A DNA stretch of 64,000 nucleotides from Euglena gracilis (lineage: Eukaryota), in assembly GCA_039621445.1 (NCBI GenBank), contig CP154954.1:26610954-26674953 (forward strand), in the 5' to 3' direction. Below are positions 23,835 to 38,045 of this stretch, in pieces. Each line of letters starts with the position of its first letter. The stretch's first letter is position 1. A program made the translations under genes and the position numbers. The notes beneath the pieces were generated by a model. It saw nothing but the letters and a program-made list of their open reading frames with translations. It was not told the origin of the DNA and searched no databases.

Positions 23835-26200
23835 TAACAGCAAAGCTTACCACCAGGGAAAAAAGGGGGTAGAACCCCCTCCCCCCCCCTGGGTAGGTGA
23901 TAAAAACCACGGATTATCACCATGATCCTGGCCCGGTTTTTTTTAGTCGGGAGCGACTGGATCCCGAGTGTCCGAATGTTTGACCCCCAACTCCCCGCCA
24001 GGCCCGAGTTGTTCACCCTCGAATGGGTCCAAGCTGGGTGGGATTCGCTAACACCCCCCACAGTTTCAACTCTGTTGAAAGTTTCAACTCTGCCATTTCG
24101 CCAGGGTGAGATTTTCGGTCAAAAAAATAGATTTTTCGAAAATATCTCGAGAAAACACACATTATTTCCGGAAGTGTTGGTCTGGCCAAATGTACCCCCT
24201 GGAGGCCCTCTGTCATCCCCGGTTTGCCGTTTTGGGGGAGGTCAATTTTGGGAAGAAAAGTTTTCGGCCTCTCTGCCTCTTTGCACTAAAAATAAAGGGA
24301 AACCCCCACCCACTCAGCCCAACCCCTTGGGGGGGAGGGGTTCCCATGGCCCAACCTAAAAAAAATTCTATATTATATTATTATATATTATATAATAAGA
24401 ATTATAAGAATAATATTATATATTTATTAAGAATTAATATAGAATAAATAAATAATAGAATTATTTTATTTATTATTATTAGGAATTAATAAGAATTATA
24501 TATACATATATATAATTCCCTCCTCCAGCCACATATTCAGCCGCGAATGGGTCCAAACTGGGTAGGATTGGCCCCCAGTTTCGACTCTGCCATTTCCCCA
24601 GGGTAAAATTTTCGTTCAAAAAAATAGATTTTTCGAAAATATTTCGAGAAAACGAACATCATTCCTGGAAATGTCTGACTAACCAAATGCACCCCTGGAG
24701 GCCCTCTATCGCCCCCCGTGTCGGCGGCCATTTTGGCCGCCGACACGCCGGAGTGCTTTTGTGGCCCAAAACGGCCATTTGGAGGTGTTTTTTGGGCCAT
24801 AGTCTTTGGGTCAAAAAATCGATTTTTCCAAAATATCTCGACAATGAAGCAAAATCAAAGAAAATGTCCGGAGAGAAAAAAAAGAAGCCTTGGAATGCCC
24901 TATCCAACCGTGCTTTCCTTTTCCCCCAACTCTTCGTGTAGCCCAAGTAACGGCCATTTTTCGGCCAATTTTGGTCCATTTAAGGGGTCATCTTGGGTTG
25001 TTTTCGGGGTCAAAAACCTGATTTTTTCAAAATATCTCAGAAATGAAGCAAAAAAAAATCAAAGGAAATGTCCGGAAATGTCTGAAATTGAAGCCCTTGG
25101 AACGCCCTATCTAACGGTGTTTTGATTTCCCCGTAACTCCCCGCCAGGCCCGAGATATGGCCGATTTACAGCCTAAAGCATCGTGGCAGGCTTCCGACTG
25201 TGCCATTTTCGGCCATGTCGAGGTCAAAAAGTCGAAAAAAAAACGCCTGAAACCATGTTGTTTGGCCTCCCGGACCAGGAAAAACTGTTTTTGAGCCGAA
25301 AAATGAGCGTTTTTCGACCCCGGCCCCCCATTTTTGGCCAAAAAGCCATGCATTTTGTCCGGGCCGTGCACGCGTGTGCCAGGCTGCTGGGCTGCTGGCC
25401 AGGCCAGGCTGGGCCAGGCTGGGCCAGGCCGTGCTGTGCCGTGCCGGGCCGCTGGGCCAGGCCGGGCCGTGTTGGGCCGCCGGGCCAGGCCGGGCTGCCG
25501 GGCCGCCGGGCCACCGACCCTCACCTCAAACATCTGCTGCAGCATGGCACCATCATACACGTAAAGAGCTCAGCACTACACAAAACCTGGTTATATTACA
25601 TGACAAATAAATGTGGTAATAACATAAATACAGAAATAACACGTGTGTGTTGTTTTCAGTGTGTGTTGTGGGTAGGGAGCAGGTGCGATCTTCCTTGATT
25701 TAAATCAGACCCCAACACCCTCAGATTGCCTTGAAACCCAGACTGATCCCCACCCCTGTGTTATTTTCTTGCTGTGAGAAGGAAGAACTCTGACAATTCA
25801 CAGTTCACACGTCCACATCACCACAAAAAAATTTGATGTCCGCAAGCAAACCTCAAAATTTTTTGGGAAATGCACATCAACTGCAAAATGGCCGCTGCGG
25901 TGTGCATCACAAAAAAATTAATAAATATAAAATACAAACCATTCACAAAATAGCCCAATGCTGTGGCATTATAAAATAACCCGCCCAAAAATAATATACA
26001 CCCCCAAATAACATACACCCCAAATAAGATACCCCCCCCCTGGCCGGGGACTTCGGCTGAGCAAATAAATTGAGTAAAGCAGAAAACTCAGAACAGCAGA
26101 AAACACAGAATTTCTGTCCAAAAATAACACACTTTGCCAAAAATGACTGGTACCAAAAAGCAACAGCTATGGTAACACCAACCTAAACATAGTGTCGAAA

Positions 26201-26987
26201 GGCAGCTTCCAACCATGCAACCCGCTGGTCGTCCAGTCAGTTGGGGGGGGGGGGGTTGTATGGTGGGACCCGCTTTCAACTTTTCGGTCCCGCAGCATTG
26301 GGGAACCACGCGGTTTCTGGGCCACCGTCGGCGGATTTGGGGAGGGTTTCTACTTAATTTTAGGAATATGGTTAAGGTCAGGATCGAGGGACAAAGTTAA
26401 GCCAGAGGTTAGGTCCCTGTTTTGTAAGATTTTGAAACCTTATTTTGCCTTAAAAAAAAATGCGCGAATTCGGCTGAAATAAGGCCTAAATTCGTCCGAA
26501 AGGCGGCCTGACTTCTCCTTAACTTACCAAAAATTGGAGCCCCGTGGCCTGCTGTCCTAACCCTAACAAAGGATGGACATTGGATATCGGCCCATTTTGG
26601 GTTTATCGAAAACCTTGAATTTATCGGGTCCCAAAAAAATATCGTGAAATATCGGCTTTATTGGGGGGGGGGTGACGTACTTTTTTGTTGTATTTTGGGG
26701 CGATTCTGGGATTCTCCAAATCACAAAGTGAGGATATCGGGCAACAAAATGATCATATCGGTTTTATCGACTTTCATCGAGATACCAGGGTGTCAATTTA
26801 TCCAAATTTATCAGGGCCCCTCCCCTAAAACCAATATCAATATACATCCTTGTCCTAACCCTATCCCAATCAATATCCCCAAACTTTTCCGAAGGTCGGA
26901 CCCGGGTCCCGCCATACGACCCTCCCCCATCCAATTGGATGACCTGTCGTACAGTTGTACAGTTGGGTCGTACAGTTGGGAGCTGCC
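26201..26987. mobile_element. GGCAG-ended TIR element with 8-bp TSD and telomere-like core; contains a nested TTTATCG-repeat element (~26567-26852)
   Basis: Ends ggcagcttccaac / gttgggagctgcc. Flanks tgtcgaaa / tgtcaaaa (7/8). Confidence 0.75.
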
Positions 26988-29329
26988 TGTCAAAAATATG
27001 CAAATGCAGAAAGCATGTGGGTATGCGCCTTTTGGGCGGGTCTGTTTGAGTTTGAAGGATTTGCCCAAATAATATACCCCCCAAATAATATCCCCCTCCA
27101 GACCCCGACTTCGGCTACCAAAATAATATATCCCCCGGGTGTATCATTTGGGAGGGGGTTATGTTTAAACACCAGTGATGGCCAGGGGGGGAAATATGCG
27201 TAAAACCAGATACCAAAGTTTGCACAAAAATATGCATCAAAAAAAATGCGAAATATGCTCGAAGACATATGTGGGAAACAAACAATTTTCTGGAACTGTG
27301 CCATTTTTGGCCATGTTCATGACCCCGCTTGGCAAACCATTTTGGGCCCATTTCCACTCATTATCCGCACAATCAGCCATTTACGGGCAATTTTCGACCA
27401 ATTTCGAGCCATTCAAGGGTCATTGAACGCCAACTTTGGCAACCACTTGGCCATTTTTAGCCATTTTTAACCACCAAAAAAAAAAGCAAAAGTGGCCAAT
27501 GGTGGTCAGAGATGGCTCAAAAATGGCCCATAGTGGCCAAAAGGGCCAAAATCGCCAAAAAAAAATGGCCGAAAATGGTCCCAGCGTACAACAAATTGAG
27601 GCTGAAACCCCAGAAACGTGTGGTCAAAATATGCAAGCATGGGCAAATATGCAGGATTATCCTGAAAAATCTCGAACTTGCACTATATGTGCTTTTTGGC
27701 CAAAATACGCACATGTAAATATCCGATTTGGGCAAAACAAAAAATCAAAATGACAGACAGTTTCTTTAAACAGGTCCAGAAACATTTGGGCTTTTTCACC
27801 ACCCAAAATTTCCCTGACGTGTGCCCATCTCCCCTCCCCCATAGGAAGGAATTTTACTGTTTGGATTTGCGAAAGTGCAAAGCAAATCTACAGACCCAAA
27901 TGTGTGCGATGTGGTTGGCCCCTCGCACAGGAGAGATTGGAGGGCATGTTTTGCACATACTTCGCATATTTCGTGCGATTGAATGCCATTAATTGTTGAT
28001 TCACAGCGAGGTGCCAAAATTTTCCGTGCTGAAATATCATAACTTGTGATTTCATAACTGCCCAAATATTTCCAGGCCATTTCAAAAAATTTGGCCGAAT
28101 TATTTCCCAACAGCTTTGTCAAACGCATTTTTTTATGTGCCCAACCCTCCCAAATATGTTGGTGAGAATGTTGAAAAGCAAAAGGGCACATGCAATGCAA
28201 ACCTGATATAGGCCTGTTGATAGGCCTTTATAGGCAACCAAGAAATAGGTGTAGTCCGAGGGGATGGCAAAAGTTTGGCCCACAGCAGATGCGCATCCTC
28301 CGAGCCTGTAGCAATGCCGCAAGAGGGAATTTCATCAACCAAATGTCACCAAAAACGAAATTTCTGACAATTTTGGTAAAATTCATGTTGTAGGGAGTGT
28401 GCTGGGTAGTCTTGGGGCGTTGGGAATTCTTTGACCTGACAACCCCTCCCACAGCCGACCAAGCAAACCAGATCCTGCTGGCACGTGGGTTTTCACAAGT
28501 GGGTGGGGGTCACCAGCCACCAAAAGTTCCTTCTGAAAATGCAACAACACAAAGTTGCACCTCCTCAATTGGCACTAAGGTTACTAGTTTGCCAGGGAAA
28601 AGGAGACAGGCACATGGGGACTTGTGGTTGGTTAATTGACAGAAAGAACAAGGACAGAGTGCCTTCAACCTAAGTGTTGGACGATGCTGTTGTGGGGCCC
28701 CACCTTCCCCGGTATAGTCCCTGGTCGTGACACAAAGCATCGACCTGTCAACAGCTCGCGATGCGACCAGGGGTTTTTTAAAGACCGGGGGAGGGGGGTA
28801 TCACCCACCCAGCCCTTGGGGGCCCCCCAAGGGGGGGGGGGGGTCCTGGGGACCCACTCACTTTTCCCCGCCAATGGCCAAAAAAAATCGCAAAAAAATG
28901 CCAAAAATAACACACACCTTTTTCAAAAATTTTCGGCGCCGAAAAACATATCCCACTCCCCCCTGGGGGGACCCCCCCAGGGGAGGGGGGGGCTCGGCCG
29001 GACCCACCCACCACAGGAGGTCAGATTTGGTTTCCACAAGCAACACATCGTATGGTGGTGTTCACCGCCATCGGTTACAAAGCTTCCACCGGTGTGGCTG
29101 CTTCTGTGACAACAAGATTGAACCACAAAGCTGTGTAGCTGCACACTGTTTTCTAAACCACAACCCAAATAACACACAAACCACAAGCCTCCAAGTTTTT
29201 GTGAGTGTTTGTTGAAGTTTTCCAGAAACGTTGCCAACTGCCCAGAAACTGGCTTTGTGTTGCTGTCAAAAACTCACGTGTACGTGATAAAAAACGATGG
29301 CGACTCGACACCTCTATTTAAGAAGTTTT

Positions 29330-29520
29330 ACCAGAGGTGGAGGGCTAACTCCACACCACGCCACACCATACCACACCTCCTCTCCAAATCATCCTCAGCA
29401 AGAAGAATGATAGGTGTACATGAGGCAACACATTCCAAACTGTTCAGTGCCAGCTTCAAATTTACAAACAGGATGCGGCTGAGAACATATTGCACCATCG
29501 ATCGGATGCAACCTGCAGCA
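29330..29520 (+). pseudogene. Possible decayed hAT C-terminal dimerisation domain
   Basis: ARRMIGVHEATHSKLFSASFKFTNRMRLR resembles A-x-x-x-L-x-x-P-A-T-S-x-x-x-E-R-x-F-S...T-x-x-R-x-R-L. Confidence 0.3.
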
Positions 29521-30452
29521 AGGGAGTGACAAAAAAAGGAAAGCAGAAACAACTTCAACGTTATGAATACATAACTTTCCGAAGGTCTGACAAAAAAAAA
29601 TGGGAAAGTTCTGACATGTGCTGATTATAATTATGATTATAATTAGTGTATATAATTACCATCACCATGATTGGTGAGTGTGGCCTCTATAAATGTCCAT
29701 AAACAGGTATAGGAAAAATTGGTTGACCTTGCAATCTTGGAGCCAAGTTTTGGCAAAAAAACAAATTTTCAGGGGCCAAATTGTAGGGTACAGAGGGGGA
29801 GCAAACTCCCTAAGTTGGCAACGTCCCGAGGGAGTAGGTATACCACACATATGGTTAGCAAAATTTCCCCAGTCAGGGCGTTCAGCAGCACAGCACCACA
29901 GCCAAATGCGGTGCTGTGGGAGGGGTGACACCAGGCCAAGCCACCCCATTTACGACCAACGCTGCAAATCTCTGCCCCCAGAAATCTCGAGGAACAGCAG
30001 CAAGAGTGCAGTGGAAGGCGCGGCATGTGCTCCGGAAGGCCAACAAGTCGGGCAGCGGGCAGTGGCAAGCATCTCCCCACCTCACCCCCATCCACGTCTG
30101 GTTTCCCCCTCCCCACTCCCAGCGTGTGTGGTTGTGTGGCAGGTGACGGAAGCCTGTGAGGGTGTGGTAGCACAACTGGCACTGGCGCACAGCATCAACC
30201 AGGGGCCCTGGAGGAAATGCCTGGCCAGAACCGCAACACATGTGCCAAAGCGTCGTGGCTCAGAGGCAAAGGACAGTGCGGGGCCCCCTCAAAATCATCT
30301 GCGCCCACCTGCATGTGGAGTACAAAGACTTCAACGAAGTGAAAGGTTGCAAAAAAACCCACTTTTCAATGACGGGTGTTATCCACTATTTGATTTGCTG
30401 GAAAATTGTGAGGCTCGTTCAAATTAGGGGAGGGGCATTATCAGAGGGAGGG

Positions 30453-31215
30453 TCGCTGAGCCCTGATTCCTCAAGAGAAAAGCAGATCATCACCACCAGA
30501 GATAACTGCAGATCATCACCACAACCCTGGCCCCCTTTCCGGATTTTTTTTTCTTCAATCACAAACAACTGGATCTAAGCTTTCTGAAACCCTTCCATTT
30601 GATCACCATTCTCCACCAGGCCCGATTTATCCAGCCAGCAAGGGGTCCAAAATGGGTAGGATTAGCCAACCCCACCCCTCCCCCATCAGTTTTAACTTCT
30701 GTATGTTGCCGAGGTGAGCTTTTGGTAAAGAAAAAAATGATTCCCCCAAAACTTGGCCAGAACAAATGTATCTCTTGACTCTACATTTCCCATTTTTGTG
30801 TGCTCCATTTTGACGTGGGCTGCCCACGCACCTGGTCCACATTGTGGCTCGTTTTTGTGAACCAAAATGTCTATCTTCTACTTCGGGTGTCCTTGGGCCG
30901 TTTTTTTTGGATCATAAAATTGATTCTTTCAAAACATTGCGAAAGTGAAACATATCAAATGCAATGTCCGTAAAATCTAAAAAGTAGCCCTTGGAACGCC
31001 CTATTCAACCGGACCTTGCTTTTCCAAAAACTCCACGTGCAGCCCGAAGAATGACCATTTTAGGGGGTATTTCGGGTCAAAATTTGATGCTTCCAAAATA
31101 CCTCAGAAATGAAACAAAAACAAAGGAAATGACTGGAGACTTAAAACGAAGCCCTGGGAACACCCTATCAAAAAGTATTTTGATATTCCTTTAACTCCAG
31201 CCAGAGTTATGGCCA
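30453..31215 (+). mobile_element. Old, diverged copy of the Helitron-like family
   Basis: Starts tcgctgagc; contains ggggtccaaaatgggtaggatt and two cccttggaacgccctat-type units. Confidence 0.55.
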
Positions 31216-31771
31216 TTTAATATTTGAATGGCACCATGTACGTGCTTTATTTTGTTTTGATTTTCTATGTTTGAAATTTTAATTTTTATTGCTTGGTATT
31301 GCTTGTTTTCATTTTTTCTGTTTTATTTTTCACTGAAATATTGTCTCTTTTTTCATTTTATTTTAATTAAATTTTTCATTCATATTATTTCACATATACA
31401 TATACATGTATCATGTTATTATTTATTTTGATTTTCCATTATCTTGTTATTTTTGCTCTTGTTCTATTCTTGTTAGTTTTCCATCTTCTTGTTCTTGCTG
31501 TTTTAAATTATTTTTAGTATGTTTTATTCTTTTGATTTTTTTTTAATTTTTAGACTTTGGATTTTTGTATTCACTTTTCCACTTTTGCAACCTTCAAATT
31601 TTTGTATCGTCTTTATTTTCCTTTTTTACGTCATTTCAGGATTTGAATGGTGGTTGTACGTTAGACAGGTATCATTTGTCTGTCAATGATTTGACTGTTG
31701 CCCACCAGCGCAACCACCTTGTGTTGTGTTGTGTTGTGCTGCCTTCCATCATCAACCCAGATTGTTATTTA

Positions 31772-32452
31772 CAGTGTGGCTAAAAATTACGGAAGACAAA
31801 AATTACGGCCAAAAAAAATTACGAGAAAAAAAATTTTGGCAAATTTTATATTTTGGAAAAATTAATTTTGGCAAAATCTGGTTTTTTTTCCAAAAAATAT
31901 TTCTTTCCTTTGCTTATTAAAAGAAGGAATTTTTAGCTTTCCTTTTTCTCCTCTTTAGCCATGAACCACATTTTCTCAAGACAGCCAAGAGCCAACCTAG
32001 GACTTGAACGGGATCCAAAAATAAAACGTCGCAAAACGCATTTTTTGCCCTTTTGGGTGGATGGGCGATGAAGGAGGTCATTTTTCTCTATGGATTTTTC
32101 ATTGAATGTGCTGTGACAGTGGAGTTTTTTTTTATTTGCTTAAGAACCGCCCTGCCTCAGAGCATCCCTTTGTGCTGAGCCCACACATCCTTGTGAATGT
32201 ACCACACAAACAGCCCATAAATGCGTTCGCTGTGACGAGTTTGTGTGTGACGGTTGTTTTGCAGACAACGAAGACACAGTGTGTCCTCATTGACTCCGAG
32301 GAGTCAAAGCATGGCCGTCCCAGCATTGTGCTTGCGGCTTCCCAAGAGGGCGTTGGAAACCGAAGGAGTGAGAAAATTACGAGAAAAAAAATTATGGCAA
32401 AATTTGGGTATTTTGCCAAAATTTCTGTCTTCCGTAATTTTTAGCCGCACTG
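31772..32452. mobile_element. Tc1/mariner-type non-autonomous element
   Basis: TIRs CAGTGTGGCTAAAAATTACGGAAGACA (26/27 match). TA TSD at 31770-71 and 32453-54. Confidence 0.92.
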
Positions 32453-35400
32453 TACATAAAAGGCTCAGCACTTATCGAAATCTTTTTGTTGTCAACAGGT
32501 CGGCGCTCCTTTATGGTGCTTTTTTTAAAACCATCATCACCAAAAAAAAGACATAAAAACCGACATAAAACAGATAACATAAAAAAAAGTCAATGGGGAT
32601 GTGCAAGAGGTTGCCTCTGGGTCTGTCTACTTGGGCGCTGTGCATCAAAAAATAATAAATTGAATCCAGCAACCCAACAAACTCTCCCTGTTTGCCATCA
32701 TCCCCACCAAGGGCCAGAGCCATAAATCCAAACCAGAATCGGATTTTGAGAATTGCAGTGACAAAGTTGACTGTGTGACCAGAACCTTGGTTTCGGTGTA
32801 TCCCCTTGCCAGGGGGGGGGGGGGTCTGACTGGGAACAATTGCCGACGGGAAAAATTCTGCCGGGAAAAAAATTGGACGAAGCCTTAAAATGCCGGGGAA
32901 AATCCTGAACGCTCGCTTAAACCAGGTGGGAAAAAATATTGGACAGCTGAAAAAACCACAAAGGTTTTGCGCCGACCAGCAGTTGAACGAGAAAGCATGG
33001 CTGCACCTGGTGAAATCAAACAGAAAGCGTACATTCCGCTGGGGTGATAAGACTGCCGTGTTGACAGACACGAAGCGGTTTCTGGCACACAACTTATGCA
33101 CAGGGTCTCTTTGGGGTGGAGTGCACGCTGTGGGTTAACGCACGCTTCAAAGGGGTTTGGGGCGGTTGGGAAGGACAGCTTCCTGGCAGGGTTGTTTTTT
33201 TTCTGTCCCTTGGGTTTTTGATTGCAAGCAGACATAAAAAAACATGCAATTTACAAAATAATTTTGAAGAGCAGAGGCAGGAGGTACAACACCGATTCCA
33301 GGAAGAAGAATTCCTGCTGCAAATCGGCGCGCAGCGCCGAAGATTTTCTTTGGGGGGGTCATTCACTGGAGGAAATTGGACTTTCCTTAAATCTGCCGGG
33401 AAAAATCCTGGACGGATCCTTAAAAAGGCGGGGAAATCCTGGACAAAATTTTGTCCAGAACTTTTCCCACAACATTTTTCCCATACAAGTTCCCCCCCCC
33501 CCGGTATTCCTGCACAGAGTTCTGGCACCTTGAGGAGAACATTGACTGCTTGGAACAGCGCCAAACAGAGCTCACGTGTGTGCACAGCAAAGCAATACAG
33601 GGGTGCAGTCTGTGTGGTGGTGCACACAGAACATCCAGGAACGTCCTCCGCCACTGCCAACCCATCGCCTGAAATAGGGGTCCAGCAAGGAAGAAAGCAA
33701 CTTATTTTTCAAAATTTTCAGGAGTGATGACTTTTTGAACCAGCTTGAGTGATGACTTTTTGAACTGAGAAATATACGTGGCAGGCGGGTAGCAGGAGCC
33801 CCTGGGGGGGGGGGGGCTGCTACCCACGACCCTGCATCCTCCACATGCAGGGTCACATCTTCATGGATGACCCTTTCAGGTTGCTGCGGGAAAAAAAAGA
33901 GGGTCCTCCAGACACACACCGTGGGGATGACTTCCCAGAGTGCCCCCTCTGGCTGAACATCAAGGGGCACGTTCAGTGAGGGGCTTCATCTCAGCAGCTG
34001 GTGCGGATAAAAAAACCCAAATGAACCAAATGCAAATACAAGCAAGCAAGCAAGCTTGTAAACAAACGAGATTGACAGCCAGACTGACCCACCCGGGGTT
34101 CCCCACGTGGGGCTGAGCTTGGGATGGGGTCCCGTCCAAGGTCAAAACTGGAAAAATGCCAAATAATCATCAATTTTAGCAAAACAAAAATTTTAATGCG
34201 AAGGTTTGAGCTGAGGAGTGCATTCGATGTCCGATGTGGTCAGGTCTTTTTTGCTTTTCCCTTTTTGAAGCAAAGAAAATCTGTTGTCATTTATACGACC
34301 TTTGGGAAGCTGGACAGGAATGAGTTCAGTGGAAGGGGGGATCCAGGGGGTAACAGGGGGTGGGGATAACGCAGGAGAATTTTTTCCAAATCATGCAAGA
34401 TTATGCGGTAATTTATTATGCAGGGCTATGCTGTATGCTGGATTATGCGGAAAAAATCGGAGTAAAAATGAAAAAATGGGTGTTATTTGCATTCATGCAA
34501 AGTCAAAGCCTGCAACTGCTTTGGCCTGAAATGATGCCCAAATACGTCCGACGTTGGCCCAGAAGAGCCCAAAAACAGCCCGATTCATCCAACGCTCATC
34601 ATCATTCGTTCAACAACATCCAACACTGAAATTAGCCCAAAATGACACAAAATGGCTCCAAAATGAACCAGATTAACAAAAATTAGCCTAAAAAGGTGCT
34701 GAACCCCCAAAGAGATGTGACCTGTGCCTTATTATCGGATCTGTTGATGGAAATCTCCAAGGGTTAGGGGCTTATTTGGGGGGGTCCTGTTTTGGGATTT
34801 TTCTTTGACCGACCTTCTTCAGGTTCCCAAATACATACAAATTTTTCCAGCACTTTGCGCCATGTGAAACTGCTCTCTTATTGAGACTTCAAATGATTTT
34901 TGAGTCTAAAAGTGCCAAAAGTTTCAGCGATCACATCATTTTTGCACCAAAAAAGGGGTTGTCAGATATTTTCGCGGTTTCGGGTCGGGGGTGTCATTTT
35001 CGGATTTTTGGTTTGGTTGGCTCAGGGGGGTCATACTTTGGGGGTTTCATGGGGGAAGCATGTGCAAAAAAAAACTAGAAAATAATATTGGACCATATGG
35101 CACTCTCCTGGGCTTCAGGATCTCATGGTTTCCTCCCTTCCAGAATGACAAAGTGTTGTAGTAAACCCCCAAAAAACAATAATAATAATAATAATATGAT
35201 CATAAAGTAAAACACCCACAGGGATATATGGAAGCTAGGGATTAAAAAAACTTCGGGGGGTAAACCTCCAACTCTAAACTGATGAGGGCTGAAAAAAATT
35301 CAAAGGGTGGAAAATTGCAGACAATGACATTTGAACTGTGGAAAATGCAAAAATAATGAGCAAACCTGAAAAATTTGAGTGGAAAAACAACATCTCCAAG

Positions 35401-38045
35401 GCAAGTGCCAGCGTGATTTTTGGCTTTCTTGAAGGAGGGGTGGGTACATCAGACCCCCCCCAAATGTGACATCTGGGAATGGTCTGCAGCAACCACATTG
35501 GCCCTCTAGGAGGGGGGATTGAAACCCCTCCCCACAACCACCTTCCTCAAAGAAAGGGCTTCCCAAACATCCCTGCCCCCTGAGGACCAACTTTTGGCTG
35601 CCCTAATAGTTCCTCCGCACCAAATGGGCCAAAGAAAACGAAAAAGAGTGTACAACAAATTGGAGAAAATAAAGAAAACGATGAAATAATAAAGAAAACA
35701 AAAGGAGCATTCATTGTGCAAGGGAGGGCCTTTTCTTTATTGAATTTTCCCAAAAAAAACAAATTATGCGGGATTATGCGGTCCCCTGCTTGCAAGAAAG
35801 GTTGCCAGCTGGAAAAACGTTGCTAGAAAGCAAGCTGGCTGTACCCCATCCACACCCCCCTTCCGCAAGTGGTTCCCTTTGGTTTCAGTGGCCCTGGTGG
35901 GAACGAAAGGGAACGAAAAAAAAACCGGAACCCAAAGCACTCGAAGCTCATCACTGCCATGCACTGTGCTCTCAGCGAAGACCTCCACCCCTTTGCCCTC
36001 GCACAGAACGAGGCCAGGCAGTTGGGCGAGCACTTCTACCACGTCGCGGCCGGTGAACAGCAAGCAACTCTCATCCTGCACACTGAGCCAGCCAACTGGG
36101 GAGGTGAGGTACTCCAGGTTAGCGCAGCACTCCTGCAAAGGCAATGAGGCTGTTGTTTCAATATTTTGGTCCTAACTGCCCCCAGCATAAATTTTGTTCA
36201 TATCCTTCTTTATGAGGATTTCTCCTTTGATTGGATCTTTTCTTGATCGACCCAAAGTGTTAGACCGATGGTTTATGAGATACGGGGAAGGGGGATTGGT
36301 TAATGCGAACTCAATGCCATCAGGAAATAATTTGGCAAATAGACAAATTCTGCATTAAAAAAAATGGAACGTAAAGACGATTGCTGTGGGAGTGTAAAAA
36401 CAATGCACGATGGCAGGAAGGTGATACGTTGCGCGAGAAGGGGAGCTAAACCATGCAAACCCTTTTAGACCCTTTTAAACCCTTCTATTTAGAACCCTTT
36501 CAAAATAGGGTAAGGGATTGAGTTGGGGGTTTGGGTTAGAGTCAGGGGGTTAGGGGGTTAAGTTTAAGTGGTTAAGGTGGGGGGGGGGGGGTTGTAGGGT
36601 TAGAGTTGGGCAGTCCAGTTTGTCTCAGAAAGACCCCAGCGACCCTCCAGTGTGCAGATGATCCAATTAACTGAGGGGGTGGGAACAGGAATCCCCTTCC
36701 AAAAAAAAAAATCGAGACAGTTCTTGACCCAAAAATGACCCCACCAGTAAAACCAAAACTTCCAAATACAAAAAGCATCAACTAATTTGATGTTTTAGAA
36801 TCCAACTGTCCAAAAAAAAATGCAAAAGACCCACACAATCCACACTTCTGCATTTCAAAAAAAAACGTTCAATTAAAAGTGCATTTAAAAAAAATGGAAA
36901 AAAATTTGCCTAGGTCAGGCAATCCAGTTCGGCCACCGAAACACCCTCAGAAGTGGTCGATCCGGGTCAAAACAATTGGATGATTTAATTCTCCAGGGGG
37001 CCTAAACCCCCCCATTGCCTATCTCCTGGGGTCAGAGTAATGGGGTGAGGGTTATGGTTAGGGTTAGGGTTAGGGGATGGGGCAGGGTTAGGGTTAGGAT
37101 TAGGATTGGGGTCGCTGAGCTTTTATCTCTCTGGAGTAAGAGCGAAGCTCACCAGTTTGGACCTCTTGTCAGTTGAATAACTTGGGCCTGGCAGGGAGTG
37201 GAGGGGGAGGGGGTCAAACGGAGGTGATTCAGAAAGCCGGGATGCAGTCGCTTGCAATTGAAGAAAATTCTTTGAACAGGGCCGGGGTCATGGTGATAAT
37301 CTGCAGGTCCCATTACTGGGGGGGGGGAGGAGGGTTCAACCCTTCCCTTTTCCCCGGTGGGATTAGCCACCCCCCCCCAGATTTGACTCTGCTATTCCAC
37401 TGGGGTGAGATTTTGGTTCAAACAGATTTTTCAAAAATATCGCAAAAAAATAAACTCCTCAAATATAAAACCTGGGGGTTTCATAATTGGGGGGGTTATT
37501 CTTTCTCGAGATATTTTTCTCAAGAGATTCGAAAATATATAACCCCCAGGCTTTATATTTGGGCAGAAATTTCAAGGCCCTCAAGGGGGGTTTGGGGGGG
37601 GTTTGGGGGGGGGGGGTTGTATTTGGGTGGGAAAATCAAATTTCCAAAGCGCATATACAATTTTGCCCAAATTTCACCATTTTTTGGCAAATTTCCAGTT
37701 GATGACCATTTTTGGAGAGGAAAAAAAATGTCAAATCATCCCCTGAAAGTGTAACGAAATGCTGGAATTGTCGGGATTTTTCCCTTCTGCTGTTTCCCAG
37801 AGGGGGCGGGGGGGCACTATTCGGAAAAGTGGTCGAAAACCAGGGGGTCCGAGAATTATCGAAGAAAATTATTTGTGTGGTCCACATGTCCTACCTTTCC
37901 AAACCATGTCAAATTTGCTGCAAATGTTACTCTTGTGGATGCATTGGATCATGAAACATAAAATCACCCAACCCTCATTTAACCAATGCCTGAAGAAACC
38001 AAATTGCCATCCGTCCCAATTGACAGATCCACGGGCAGGGGCCTA

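Larger units (their letters stand above)
22936..25590 (+). mobile_element. Apparently full-length non-autonomous Helitron-like element (TC...CTGG, asymmetric inverted repeats) with nested insertions
   Basis: 5' end TCGTTGAGCTCTTATC; 3' end AAGAGCTCAGCACTACACAAAACCTGG|T; no TSD. The same termini recur at 14128, 30453 and 37112 (5') and at 20484 and 13597 (3'). Confidence 0.55.

Noticed and set aside
36500-37110. True telomere or telomere fusion (TTAGGG-like tracts; also 43390-43500 and 61560-61670)
   Set aside because: Short, degenerate and embedded within repeat elements.
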